Assembly: GCA_038087875.1 (NCBI GenBank) | Contig: JAXLNO010000560.1 | Coordinates: 1 to 56,646 of the forward strand | Length of the DNA: 56,646 bases | Direction of reading: 5' to 3' | DNA from: Malacoraja senta | Taxonomy: Eukaryota | In this document: positions 1 through 11,359 of the stretch, in pieces | How positions within the stretch are numbered: the first letter of the stretch is position 1 | Layout of the letters: the number at the start of each line of letters is the position of its first letter | Notes under the pieces: generated by a model | Seen by the model: only the letters and a program-made list of their open reading frames with translations | Told to the model about the DNA's origin: nothing | The model's database searches: none | Made by a program: the position numbers and the translations under genes

Positions 1-456
1 AGGTGTATTTGAGTGCCGGATGAAAGTAGTTTCAGTGATCTAAACTGAAAGTTGTAGTATACTTAATATTTGGTTATCCTCTGGGCCCTCATTCACTTAA
101 TACCTGCATTTGCACTAATGGACATTAAAAGGCAAATGAACATGCCGCCAATGGAGGGACTTCAGTCACCTGCAGGAAGATGGCATTAGTTACAGTAAAA
201 CTGGCATTATATGCGGCATGGACATTATGGGCCGAAGGGCCAGTTCCGGTGCTGTTCTTTTCTATATTCTGTGTTGGATACTTCAGCAATATTTAATTTC
301 TATCGAATACCCACAAGCTTTGCTGCACAAGGAACAGCGTCATGGAGGAGCCTAATTCAGTGTCAGGCGGTTACAGACTCACTATACACAATGGCCTTCA
401 TGTGATCAGAATCTGATGCGATTTCTCAATATATGCAGCTCCTCAGTTGAAAATCT

Positions 457-688
457 TAGTTTAGTTGAGTTTAGAAATACAGCAAGGAAACAGGCCCTTC
501 GCCCCACCGAATCCATGCTGACCATTGATCACCCATTCATAGTGATTCAATGTTATCCCACTTTCTGATCCACTCCCTAGGAGCAATTTACAGAGGACCA
601 ATTAACCTACAAACCGGCATGTCTTTGGGATGTGGAAGGAAACCAGAACACCCGGAGGAAACGTGCAAACTCCACGCAGGCGGCACCA
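457..688 (-). mobile_element. HE1-type V-SINE, partial copy
   Basis: (TTAGT)n tail, HER1-shared 3' motif GGAAACAGGCCCTTCG and part of the V domain. Confidence 0.8.
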
Positions 689-798
689 ATAATTGTTTAA
701 TGGAGTCACAATAATCCGAGATCTCTAATTGGGTCAACAAAACAATTGTCCTTTCTGGAGTGAAGGTAGCTGCAGTGGAAGGTGCCTGTTGTATCTTC

Positions 799-1222
799 TA
801 GACAATAGACAATAGGTGCAGGAGTAGGCCATTCGGCTCTTCAAGCCAGCACCGCCATTCAATGTGATCATGGCCGATCATCCCCAATCAGTACCCCGTT
901 CCTGCCTTCTCCCCATATTCCCTGACTCCGCTATCTTCAAGAGCCCTATCTTGCTCTCTCTTGAAAGTTTCCAGAGAATCGGCCTCCACTGCCCTCTAAG
1001 GCAGAGAATTCCACAGACTCACAACTCTCAGTGTGAAAAAGTATTTCCTCATCTCTGTTCTAAATGGCTTACCCCTTATTCTTAAACTGTGGCCCCTGGT
1101 TCTGGACTCCCCCAACATCGGGAACATGTTTCCTGCCTCTAGCGTATCCAAACCCTTAATAATCTTATATGTTTCAATAAGATTCCCTCTCATCCTTCTA
1201 AATTCCAGAGTATACAAGCCCA
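799..1222 (-). mobile_element. CR1/HER1-type LINE 3' fragment
   Basis: ORF2 C-terminus LEFRRMRGNLIETYKIIKG...ESRTRGHSLRI...FFTLRVVSLWNSLP and a (TAGACAA)n tail. Confidence 0.92.
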
Positions 1223-1671
1223 TTCTAGTTCTATCTCTATGGGGACGTTGCACCAGGGGGCTACTGGTATCAGTAAAATCAGATCCCCGTAACAGGGTAT
1301 TCTGACCGAATGGTGGAGCCAAGGTGAAGGAGGCTAGGATGACCATATAATATTCACATGGTAGCCTTTGCAAAGACAATGATCATGAAACGGATAGGAA
1401 ACGTTCGACGGATATGGACCAAACGAGGACAAATGCACGAGTTTTGATGGGCCATCTTTGTCAGCATGGACAAGTTGTGCTGAAGGGCCTGTTTCTGTTC
1501 TGGATCATTTTATACTCTATACCTTGCAGATCATTAAGTCTCTATTTTGACCCATAGAATGTGAATGGAATGTGAATGGATCACAATCATTCTGAAATTT
1601 GCGGGATATTTCCATTTGTAGTGGGAAATACATGGTAGGATTGCGTCTATTTCTTCTACTCTGTGAAGGAG

Positions 1672-1976
1672 TTTAGACTTTAGACTTTAGAGATACAGCA
1701 CGGAAACAGGCCCTTCGCCCCACCGAAGTTCGCGCCGACCAGTGATCACCTCCTTACATTAGCACTATCCCACACACTAGGGGCGATTTTACTGAAGCCA
1801 ATTAACCTACAAAACTGCACGTGTTTGGAGTGTGGGAGGAAACCGGAGCACCGGAAGAAAACCCACACGGTCACAGGGCAGACGTACAAACTCCGTACAG
1901 ACAGTACCCGTAGTCAGGATCAAACCTGGGTCTCTGGCGCTGTAAGGCAGCAACTTTAGCGCTGCGCCACCGTGCC
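1672..1976 (-). mobile_element. HE1 V-SINE, full length
   Basis: tRNA-like head with A box (TGGCGCAGCG) and degenerate B box, V domain, HER1-like 3' end, (TTTAGAC)n tail. Confidence 0.92.
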
Positions 1977-2412
1977 ACTCTTTTTGGGGAAGTAAGGAAT
2001 TTGTAAGGAATTAGGTCTTAATTAAAATTGCCTTAACAACACATATATTAACAATTCAAATGTCACACAAAATATCAACCATTTTTTTTAATGAATTTAT
2101 CCTGCTTCTTAATTGTTGTTTTAATTGCTTATGGGGGCAGTAAGTTTAAAGCTTGTGACTGGGCCACAAAGCTGGATTAAAAGGATCACTAAAATAGTTC
2201 AAAAGAAAATAATGCAATTTCAATAGCTAGAAAGGACAAACTCCGAACCACTATTCTATAAGGTTTTGGTGTTTGGACAATAGCCATATGTCTTTTTGTA
2301 ATGAGTGAATGGGGCTAATTAAATCAAACAGTCCCATTCAAAAGGGAAGATGGATATGTTCTTCAATCAGTCCCTCTCGCCTTATAGCTCATGGCATGAA
2401 AAGGACTATAAA

Positions 2413-2723
2413 TTAGTTTATAGTTTAGAGTTACAGCGCAAAAACAGGCCCTTCGGCCCATCAAGTCCACCCCGACCAGCGATTCCCGCACACTAGCGTT
2501 ATCCTACACAACGAGGGACAACTTACATTGATACCAAGCCAATTAATCCACACGCCTATACATCTTTGGGGTGTGGGAGGAACCAGAAGATCTCGGAGAA
2601 AATTCACGTGGGAGAACGTACAAACTCCATACAGACAGCACCCGTAGTCGGGATCGAACCTGGGTCTCCAACGCTGCAAGTGCTTTAATGCAGCAACTCA
2701 ACCGCTGCGCCACCGTGTCGCCC
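2413..2723 (-). mobile_element. HE1 V-SINE, full length
   Basis: Same consensus as other copies, B box GGTTCGATCC. Confidence 0.9.
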
Positions 2724-2959
2724 TACAATCTCAATTCAAACACTGCACCTAGGATATGGATCGAGCTCTTTAACAATACCAGTGCTTTGTCAAACATTGT
2801 CCTTCTCTGGACCTGCTCCGAGATTCTCACACGGTCGGCCTGCAATATTCCATTATCTTTTAGTTCAGAAATATGTTCATAAAGCAGAATGCTGGAGAAA
2901 CTCGGCGGGTCAGGCAGCATCTGTGGAGGCAAAGGGATGATCAACATTTCAGGTTGACG

Positions 2960-3345
2960 ATAAGATCATAAGACATAGAAGCAGAATTAGGCTATTCAGC
3001 CCATCAAGCCTACTCTGTCATTTTAGCATGGCCTCATCCCCATGCTCCTGTTGACACCCTTACTAATCAAGAACTCATCAATCTCCGCTTTAAAATATCC
3101 CACGACTTGGCTTCCACAGACATCTGAATTCCACAGATTCACCACATAGAAACATAGAAAATAGGTGCAGGCGTGGTCCATTCGGCCCTGCGAGCCATGC
3201 AATATGATCATGGCTGAATATACAAAATCAGTACCCCGTTCCTGCTTTTCCCCACACCCCTTGATTCTGTTAGCCCGAAGAGCTATATTTAACTCTCTCT
3301 TCAAAACATCCAGTGAATTGGCCTCCACTGCCTTCTGTGGCAGAG
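2960..3345 (-). mobile_element. Nested CR1/HER1 3' fragments; the inner copy is split by the DIRS insertion and resumes at 8106
   Basis: CR1 3' UTR motifs; ...CTGTGGCAGAGAAT joins TCCACAGATTCACAACTC at 8106, as in the uninterrupted copy at about 1000-1030. Confidence 0.85.
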
Positions 3346-3566
3346 AATAGTAAGATTAAATGAGAACTTACCAGTTTAGAGTTTGATCTTTATTTTATGA
3401 GGAGTTACGTTGAGGGATTACGTGAAGAGCCCACCAGCCCGCATGCGCGTCAATCTTCAAAGCAGCAGTGTGAAATCACAGATAACAGTTGTTGAACTGA
3501 ATATAGTAAGATTAGAGAAACTAGAATACCAGCTGACCTTTATGATAGAGGGTTGGGAGTGGAGGG

Positions 3567-3679
3567 CACGTAATCCCTCAACGTAACTCCTCATAAAATA
3601 AAGTTCAAACTTCAAACTGGTAAGTTCTCGTTTAATCTTACTATTTTACTTCGGAGTCACGTGAGTGACTATGTGAAGA
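3567..3679 (-). repeat. DIRS internal complementary region (ICR)
   Basis: 3567-3645 is the reverse complement of 3346-3424 (4 mismatches in 79); 3643-3679 is the reverse complement of 8069-8105 (2 mismatches in 37). Confidence 0.95.
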
Positions 3680-3899
3680 TTTCAAAGTTCTGTGATTTCA
3701 TGCCGTGGAAACGAGTCCATGCGTCACACACTGCATCAGTTGACCAAGGAGGAGTGAACATTAATAATGCATTCAGACATGACATAGATATAGACATGTT
3801 GATGCTTTTTAATGAACAAATAATGATAATAGTAACCTCCCCTCAACCGGGAGGAAACTATAAAACAGAACCTAAAATAGAGTTGGCAAATACCCCCGG

Positions 3900-4800
3900 T
3901 CTGGCAATGGGTTAGTTCTAAAATGTTTGGAAAGATCGTTTGTTTGACCATCCTGCAGCCGCTAGGATGTGGTCCAGCGAAACGTCCATAACCCTGCTGC
4001 TGATGTTGTTGCAGCCCTGGTGGAGTGAGACTTGAAAATGTCAGTGTTCACTCCTGTGTAAGCCAGAACCCGTTTTACCCACCTGGAGATGGTCTGTACT
4101 GATACCTTCTTATGAGGCTTTATGTAACTAACAAACATTGTTAGTTCAGAGTCTCTAAGGCTCTTAGTGACCTTAACATACTGGTGTAGATGTGTGAGCA
4201 CACACAACAGAACTTCCATGGGATATGCCAACAAATCTAGTTTAAGACTTGATGCCCCTGGTCTACTCTGCTTGACTAAGTCATAAACATAAAATGTTAT
4301 TTTGCCTGCAGATGTAATCATCCTGTCCAGTCACAGCTTATGCAATGACTGGACCCGTTGCGCTGAACTCAGCGCCATGAGCATAACCACTTTGTAAGTG
4401 AGTTTGACCAAGGACAGGGATGTAGCTGGAGCCCACCGGCAAAGCGGCGTAGCACAATGTTAACATCCCATATCTCTGCGTACCTGGGCCTGGGAGGTTT
4501 CGAGTTGAAGATACCCTTCATAATCTAGATATCAGAGGGTGAGACCCGACAGAGTGGATTCTGCTCCCCTCAGCCAATATGATGAGAAGGCACGTTTGGC
4601 ACAGTTAATGGCACTATAACTTAATGATTGTCAAAGACCCATATAAAACAGAACTTCAAGACGTCAGTCATCCGTGCTGAATTATATGTAATATTAGCAT
4701 AAAACAAAATACTTCCCATCTCCTTATGTACTGCTTATTTGGTGCTATCCCTGCAATCTGCAGTGAGCACGTCCATGGTTTCGTTTGACAACCCGAGCCG
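3900..4800 (-). pseudogene. DIRS tyrosine recombinase, disrupted
   Basis: LSYSAINCAKRAFSSY, KVVMLMALSSAQRVQSL (catalytic R), FKSHSTRAA (HxxR), AGWSNKRSFQTF then a stop where the catalytic Tyr is expected; frameshifts. Confidence 0.9.
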
Positions 4801-4859
4801 CAGGAACGGTCTTCTCAGAGTCTGCAAGTCAATGAATTGATTTTATCATGCAGAGGATG

Positions 4860-6430
4860 GTTTCCCGAGTCACGACTAAACCAGCAATTTTTTGTGTCTA
4901 GAAATAACCATATAAGGTTCTATTATCATTCCCAACATCAGCGGGAACCATGGCTGTATAGGCCAGTCAGGTACTACGAAAATGCCTGAAGCGGGAACTT
5001 GCTGAATTTGTGCAAGACCCGTCTGATGAGGCAAAATGGAGGAAGACATATAAGCACATTCCTCCCCAGTGTAGCGAGAATGCATCCATCGCCACTGCTA
5101 TGCCACATATTTTTTGCAACTGGTGATTGAGCCTGGATGCAAACATCTCGATCTTTAGTGTTCCATCGAGCCACAATGTCATTAAATACTTTGTGATCCA
5201 ACATCCATTCTGTGTTGTCATTGATTTTACGTGATGATACACCAGCGCCAAATGAGGTTAGGTAAACTATCACCGGATACATTGACTTGATTGCACCCAT
5301 GTGATTAACATATACCACCACCAAAGTGTATCAACTTGGACTTGAGCATGCAGATTATGCATATTCGCACAAAAACCTTTAACCCACAGAATGCACCTAG
5401 TGTCTATAGGTAGTTGATACTATATAACTGAAGAATTGGTAACTCATGCAAATCCCATCCGCCTCCGTAACTAGAGATGGTATTAGTAATTTTCCATCTT
5501 CAAGCAATAGCATCAGTTTGTAATTATAACTGAAAATTTACTGACGAAATGTTAGTGGAGCAATGCTGAATATTGTTCGTCCACCATAGTGATTTTGATA
5601 GTTTCAGCTGGTAATAGCATAGGTCTGTTAACAATGACCTACATGGTACTTGAGAGCTTACTCCTTGCACGCTGTAAGTTCTGATAATGCAAAGGCCCAA
5701 ATAACACAGCTGAAAAGCCAATATATTGCCAATTACACTTGATGAATAGAAGGCTGCTTGATAACAACAAGGTTGTTACAGGCTTCAATTAATTCCAATC
5801 TCTTGCCTCAGGGCGGAGTCACAGACAAATTAATAGAGTTAAAGGTAAATCCCAATAATCAACAATTTCAGTTGGTAACAACTTAAATTTAACTGGATGG
5901 CTGAGAAACCCAATTTCTCAAATATAGTTTTGTGGCTGATACAGCTAATTTAGCAAAATACAGCGTTTAGAATATCATCCAGTTAGGCCATAACAATTGT
6001 TTTTTAGCTCTGAGCAGCCGAAGCACTGATTTTTAGTAATTTGGTAAATAACCTGGGAGCTGGTTAGCCCATTTTGCAACGCTTTTAACTGTTATCATTG
6101 CCCCATCCAGCTAAATTTCAAATATCTCCGGTGATCCCAGTGAATGGAAACTGATCCCATGGAAGTTAGACAGTCACGAAGTTTCCTATTCAGAAATGTC
6201 TATACTGCACATGCGAGTTGAACCTGTTGACCATGAACAGGCCACTTCTGCCACAATTGTGCGCCTCTCTTGAAAGGCAACTCCGGCCATATTTCCGAGA
6301 CTGTCTCGCTTGTATACTGTGCAGTATAAACTAATCTCATGTTATCATTTTAATTTATAAACAGATCTGAATCTCATGTTATCATTGTCATTTGTACAAA
6401 AAACAAGTGTAAATATTACCAACTTGTAAA
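4860..6430 (-). pseudogene. DIRS RT / RNase H / MT-like ORF, disrupted
   Basis: IHWDHRRYLKFSW, an LPNGL..PRLFTK-like segment, A*LDDI (YLDD with a stop), TDA, VYVNHMG, FASRLNHQL, DAFSLHW, PDWPIQPWFP. Confidence 0.88.
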
Positions 6431-6439
6431 TGGTCCACA

Positions 6440-7400
6440 TACCCCATGTTTCGGAAAGAACCAGACCCACCTACCTTCATGGTTATCGGTGGTTTTATAG
6501 TAAGCCCAAAGGCCCCTGATGCGTGTTCTATTTCCGTCCTTGATTTGAGAGTAGGACTGCTGGGGTGCGTGGATCCCATATTTTTCCTGAGGACCGGTTT
6601 GGGCCTTGGCCTGAAAGATCTGTGCCCAGCTTTCAAGCTGCCACCAGCTTCAGTGAACCGCTTCCAGCCGATGGAGGCGTGGGGTGTGTTGTCGCCGACA
6701 CAATGAAGCTTTGCTCGTCGTTGGTACCTTGATTAGTCCAACAGCTTTTGTTTCCTCATCCCGGTCTTACCTGTTTGGAGAGGTCTTCCGTGAAGAGAAG
6801 ATTCGGCGGCTGGACATTGCTGGCCTTACATGAGCCTGCAAATTGGAATTTAAGGCAGGTCTGATGGCGTTTCTATGTTCATTTTGAAGTGTGCATTGCA
6901 CATCAACACCAGGCCAGTAATCTTTACAATTTGTTGGAGTTTCATTTCCTGGGTTTTCATACCACCTCCAACATCACCCCAGATAGCGCTGTTCATTGCC
7001 GTCACTTTCAGGAACAATTTACAGGTGCACGGTATCTCACAGCCGGCACCTGTTCCTGTAATGATGTGACATGAGGTAGCTGCTGCTTCGTGAGGGGAAC
7101 TCTGGCCCCTCCGGGGTTTTCTGTCAATGGCTGGAAGCCAACTCTTCCAGCAGGAGCTCCTTCGTTTGCGAGGATATCGCAACCCTTGTGCCATGACAAA
7201 AATTTCTGGAACCTCACGCATGTACTCCAGTATGTTCCCCGGACAAACTTCCGAGTTTGGAGTCAGTTACCAAATGACCCCTCGCACTCACCTTCACAGA
7301 GAGGGAGATTTGTAAGCAGCACTGAAAGAGGTGCTGCCGCAGGCCCTCGAGGAGACCTGCGGTAATATGGCTCCTCCATGGACCATATGAGGATGGAGTA
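6440..7400 (-). pseudogene. DIRS gag-like ORF1 remnant
   Basis: Position upstream of RT, fragments such as FLKVTAMNSAIW and a basic C-terminal segment; heavily frameshifted. Confidence 0.55.
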
Positions 7401-7594
7401 TCACCTTAGTGGGATGAACGCCCTGCGGACGCTATCCATGCTCCATCAGGGTAAAAACGTCCGAGGACGTACCCATGTCAGAGGGGAACCCTCCTGGCCT
7501 GACTCGTCCCAGTCTAGGCCTCTCAGAGTCCGTTTGGCTGTACCCCTCTGCGGGCTTCCGGAGTCTGAAGTCGCCGCTGGCCACCCGCACTTCC

Positions 7595-7900
7595 GCGGTC
7601 CTTAGCCGTGTCTTGCCACGGTCCCCGTAGCCGGGATTCCCCGAGCCGGGTTCGCAGCGGTCTTCCCACGGTCCCCGTAGCCGGGTTTCCCCGAGCCGTG
7701 TTCGCCGCGGTCTTCCCACGGTCCCCATAGCCGGGTTTCCCCAAGCCGGGTTTCCCCGCGGTCTTGTGTCTTTACGCGGTCCCCGCAGCCGGGTTTCACC
7801 GTGATTTCCGCAGCCGGGGTTCCCCCGCGGTCCCTGTAGACGGAATTCCCCGCGATGTCCGTAGTCGGGTTTCCCCGAGCCGGGTTTCGACCCCGGAACG
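7595..7900. repeat. GC/CpG-rich minisatellite (about 50-bp unit) in the DIRS 5' region
   Basis: GCCGGG(A/T)TTCCCCGAGCCG...CGGTCTTCCCACGGTCCCCGTA units at 7630 and 7680, degenerating at 7730 and beyond. Confidence 0.9.
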
Positions 7901-8105
7901 TCTCCAGCAGGAACTCTGGAAAGAGCTTCCTGCAAGGAGAAAACAGACCTAGAAATAAGTTGAAAACTTACCTTCAGGTTTGAAACTTACCGCTGGTGGA
8001 GCAGCGCGCCTCCAGCCAGTCGTTGTGCAATGCGATAGACGATATGACACGCATGCGGGCTGGCGGGCTCTTCACGTACTCACTCACGTGACTCCGAAGT
8101 AAAAT

Positions 8106-8250
8106 TCCACAGATTCACAACTCTCTGGGTGAAAATAATCCGATAGCCACCCTCTGGCTAAAGAAATTCCTCCTCATCTCCTTTCTGAAAGTATTTCCTT
8201 TCGATGAGGCTGTGCCCTCTGGTTCTAGACTCTTTCACTGGTGGAAACAT
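8106..8250 (-). mobile_element. Continuation of the CR1/HER1 fragments split by DIRS
   Basis: TCCACAGATTCACAACTCTC...AAAGAAATTCCTCCTCATCTCC...CCCTCTGGTTCTAGACTC. Confidence 0.85.
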
Positions 8251-8278
8251 GCTTTCTACGTCACAGGTTGAGACAACA

Positions 8279-8313
<35 letters not shown>

Positions 8314-8383
8314 GTATATATTGGCCAATACTTACACCGAGTCACTCCAGTACCTTGTGTCCTTTTTTGTAAATACACAAACA

Positions 8384-9124
8384 GCACACACACGCACGCA
8401 CGCACACACACGCACGCACACACACACACACACACACACGCACTCACACACATACACACGCACACACACACACACACAAGCACACACACACACACACACA
8501 CGCACTCACACTCACACACACGCACACACACGCACACAAGCACACACACACGCACACGCACACGCACACTCACACACACACGCACACACACACACGTACA
8601 CACTCGCACACACGCACACACACGCGCGCACACATGCGCACACACATGCGCACACACACACACGCACGCACACACACGCACACATACACACCGCACACAC
8701 ACATGCACACACACACACAAGCACACACACACAGACACATGTGCACACACACACACGCACACACACACAGCACACATGCACACATACACACGCACGCCCG
8801 CACACACACGCACACACACACGCACACACACACACGAACACACACACACATGCACACACACACTCACACGCACACATGCACACACACATTCACGGCCACA
8901 CACGCACACACACACACACACGCGCGCACACACATGCCCACACACGCACACATGCCCACACGCGCACACACACGCACACATACGCACACACGCGCACACA
9001 CACACACACACACACACATACACACACACACGCACGCACGCAGGCACACACACACACATGCACGCACACACACACGCACGCACGCACGCACGCACGCACA
9101 TACACACACACACACACGCACGCA

Positions 9125-9156
<32 letters not shown>

Positions 9157-9216
9157 CGCATGCACGCACGCACGCACGCACGCACGCACACACACATGCA
9201 CACATACACACACACA
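8384..9216. repeat. Compound (CA)n/(CACG)n microsatellite, about 830 bp
   Basis: Directly visible alternating purine-pyrimidine tract. Confidence 0.98.
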
Positions 9217-9228
9217 AATATATATATA

Positions 9229-9480
9229 TGACCAGCGATCCCTGCACTAACATTATCCTCCACTCACACACGAGGGACAATTTACAATTATAACAATTCC
9301 TTTTAACCTACAATCCTACACTTCTTTGGAATGTGACAGGAAACCGGGGCACCCGGAGAAAATCCAAGCATTCACGGGGAGAACGTGCAAACTCTGTACA
9401 GACAGCACCCGGAGTCAGGATTGAACCCGGGTCTCAGGCGCTGTAAGGCAGCAATTCTACCGCTGCGCCACCATGCCACC
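9229..9480 (-). mobile_element. HE1 V-SINE lacking its 3' tail
   Basis: A and B boxes plus V domain. Confidence 0.88.
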
Positions 9481-10106
9481 AATATACTGAGCTATAGAAT
9501 ACTGTGTTTACATATCTGCTGTGCTGCTGCAAGTAAGAAATAATTCATTGTTCTGTTCAGGGACATATGACAATAAAACTCTCTTGACTCCTGATGTCAC
9601 CGTTCACATTGCCATGGGAGCTGGACTCTGGTTCGATACAGGGGCAGGCGTGCCACCCACTAAGCCACACCAGCACTGAGGTAAACGCATCGTTTTAGCA
9701 CAGTCCCCAGTTCCATTACCGCTATCAATTTGTTTTATACACTAACGCAGACACAGCGACACCAAGCCAAGTCTGAAGATAAACATTACAGCAGTGCATT
9801 AGTATTCTTTTCAAAGTTGGCCACTTTAGTGAAACACTCTACGTATAGACAAGAGAAAAAAGGAAAAGGCGAAAGCGCTAAATAAGGTGCTCACAGCATT
9901 CTGATGCCATTTTAGGGAAATGGAGCTGATCTTTCAAAGCACGAGACACGTTTCATATATGCCATCCCCTAAAAATGATCTTTTCTTTTTGTACTTTGCC
10001 CTCAATGCTGCTCAATAGCACAGGTGGCATGTGAGGGGCTTGTCTCAACTGCAAGCAATTTAGGTACAAATAAACCAGAGGCTCCATACACGTTACCGCA
10101 CCAGAA

Positions 10107-10380
10107 TCCATGCTGGAGTAACGCAGTGGGTCAGGCAGCATCTCAGGAGAACATCGATGGTTAGTATGTGCAGGAAGAATTTGCAGTTGCTGATTTACAC
10201 CGAAGATAGACACAAAAAGCTGAAGTAACTCAGCGGGTCAGACAGCATCTCTGGAGAAAAGGAATGGGTGACGTTTCGGTTTAATTTAGTTTAGTTTAGT
10301 TTGAAGAAGGGTCACCTGTTCCTTTTCTCCAGAGATGCTGCCTGACCCGCTGTGTTACTTCGGCTTTTTGTGTCTATCCA
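10107..10380. mobile_element. Short Penelope-derived fold-back element(s)
   Basis: GATAGACACAAAAAGCTGAAGTAACTCAGCGGGTCAG... and its reverse complement, either side of a (TTAGT)n core. Confidence 0.7.
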
Positions 10381-10985
10381 TGGCTTCGATCAGCACCCTT
10401 CTTCAGACTGGTTGTAGTAGGGGAAAGAAAGGTGGAAGAGAGGAGGGGCAGGGCAAAGCCATGTGGGTAATAGATTGGGTACACATGAGGAGGGTTTTTA
10501 TGATGGGCAGATGGTTAGACAAAGGCCTGAGATGAGAAGGCAAAAGGTGTGTTGAGTTTAGTTTATTGTCACGTGTACCGAGATTCAGTGAGAAGCCTTT
10601 GTTGCTGGCTAACCAGTCAGCGGAAAGACAATACATGATCACAATCGAGCCATCCAGACAATAGACAATAGACAATAGGTGCAGGAGTAGGCCATTGGGC
10701 GCTTCGAGCCAGCACCGCCATTTAATGTGATCATGGCTGAGTGTACAGATAAATGATAAAGGTGATACCAAATGATTGCATGGTTGTGAATTGTGAAGCT
10801 AGAGGAAGGAATGTGTGTGTAGAGGGAGGGGGGAAATAGGTGCGGGTCTAGGTGGGGCACAGGGGAAGGAGGGGGGTGAATGAAGGGATGGGTATATGGG
10901 GTAAGAAGGGAGAAGGGGAGGGTTATGTTGTCACCTAAAATTGGAGAATTGAATATTCATACCATTGGCTTGTAAGCTGCCCAAG

Positions 10986-11230
10986 TTCTCTACATCGGTG
11001 AGACCAAGCGTAGGCTTGGAAATCGCTTTGCCCAACACCTCCGCTCAGTTCGCACTAGCCAACCTGATCTCCCATTGGCTCAGCACTTCAACCCCCTCCC
11101 ATTCCAAATCTGACCTTTCTGTCCTGGGCCTCCTCCATTGCCAGATTGAGGCCCAGCGCAAATTGGAGGAACAGCACCTCATATTTCGCTTGGGTAGTTT
11201 ACACCCCATTGACCTCCAATTTCAGATAGT
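10986..11230 (+). pseudogene. Penelope GIY-YIG endonuclease fragment
   Basis: LYIGETKRRLGNRFAQHLRSVR, then after a frameshift HSKSDLSVLGLLHCQIEAQRKLEEQHLIFRLGSLHP. Confidence 0.88.
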
Positions 11231-11331
11231 CCTTGCTTTCTCCCTCCTTCCCCTCCCCCATCCCAGCTATCCCACAGCCTACTGTCTCCGCCTCTTCCTT
11301 CCTTTTTCCCGCCCCCCCCCCCGACATCAGT

Positions 11332-11359
11332 CTGAAGAAGGGTTCCGACCCGAAACGTC
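11332..11359 (+). ncRNA. Minimal type I hammerhead-ribozyme-like motif (Penelope)
   Basis: CUGAAGA-A-GGGU(UCCG)ACCC-GAAAC-GUC directly downstream of the GIY-YIG fragment. Confidence 0.6.

Larger units (their letters stand above)
3346..8105 (-). mobile_element. DIRS1-type tyrosine-recombinase retrotransposon, full length, coding regions degenerate
   Basis: ITRs 3419-3452 and 8045-8078; internal complementary region 3567-3679 complementary to both termini; gag, RT, RNase H, MT and YR motifs in DIRS order on the minus strand. Confidence 0.95.

Noticed and set aside
1248..1264. Second CTCF-like motif TGCACCAGGGGGCTA
   Set aside because: Weaker match, wedged between LINE fragments, with no supporting context.
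7595..7900. CRISPR-like array
   Set aside because: Units are tandem with no unique spacers, there are no cas genes, and the context is eukaryotic.
7432..7935. 167-aa Gly/Pro/Arg-rich ORF as a host gene
   Set aside because: It lies inside the DIRS element and translates the GC-rich minisatellite; at most part of ORF1.
8204..9293. Long His/Thr- and Cys/Val-rich ORFs (up to 348 aa)
   Set aside because: Translation of the (CA)n tract; open in most frames only because the repeat lacks stop codons.
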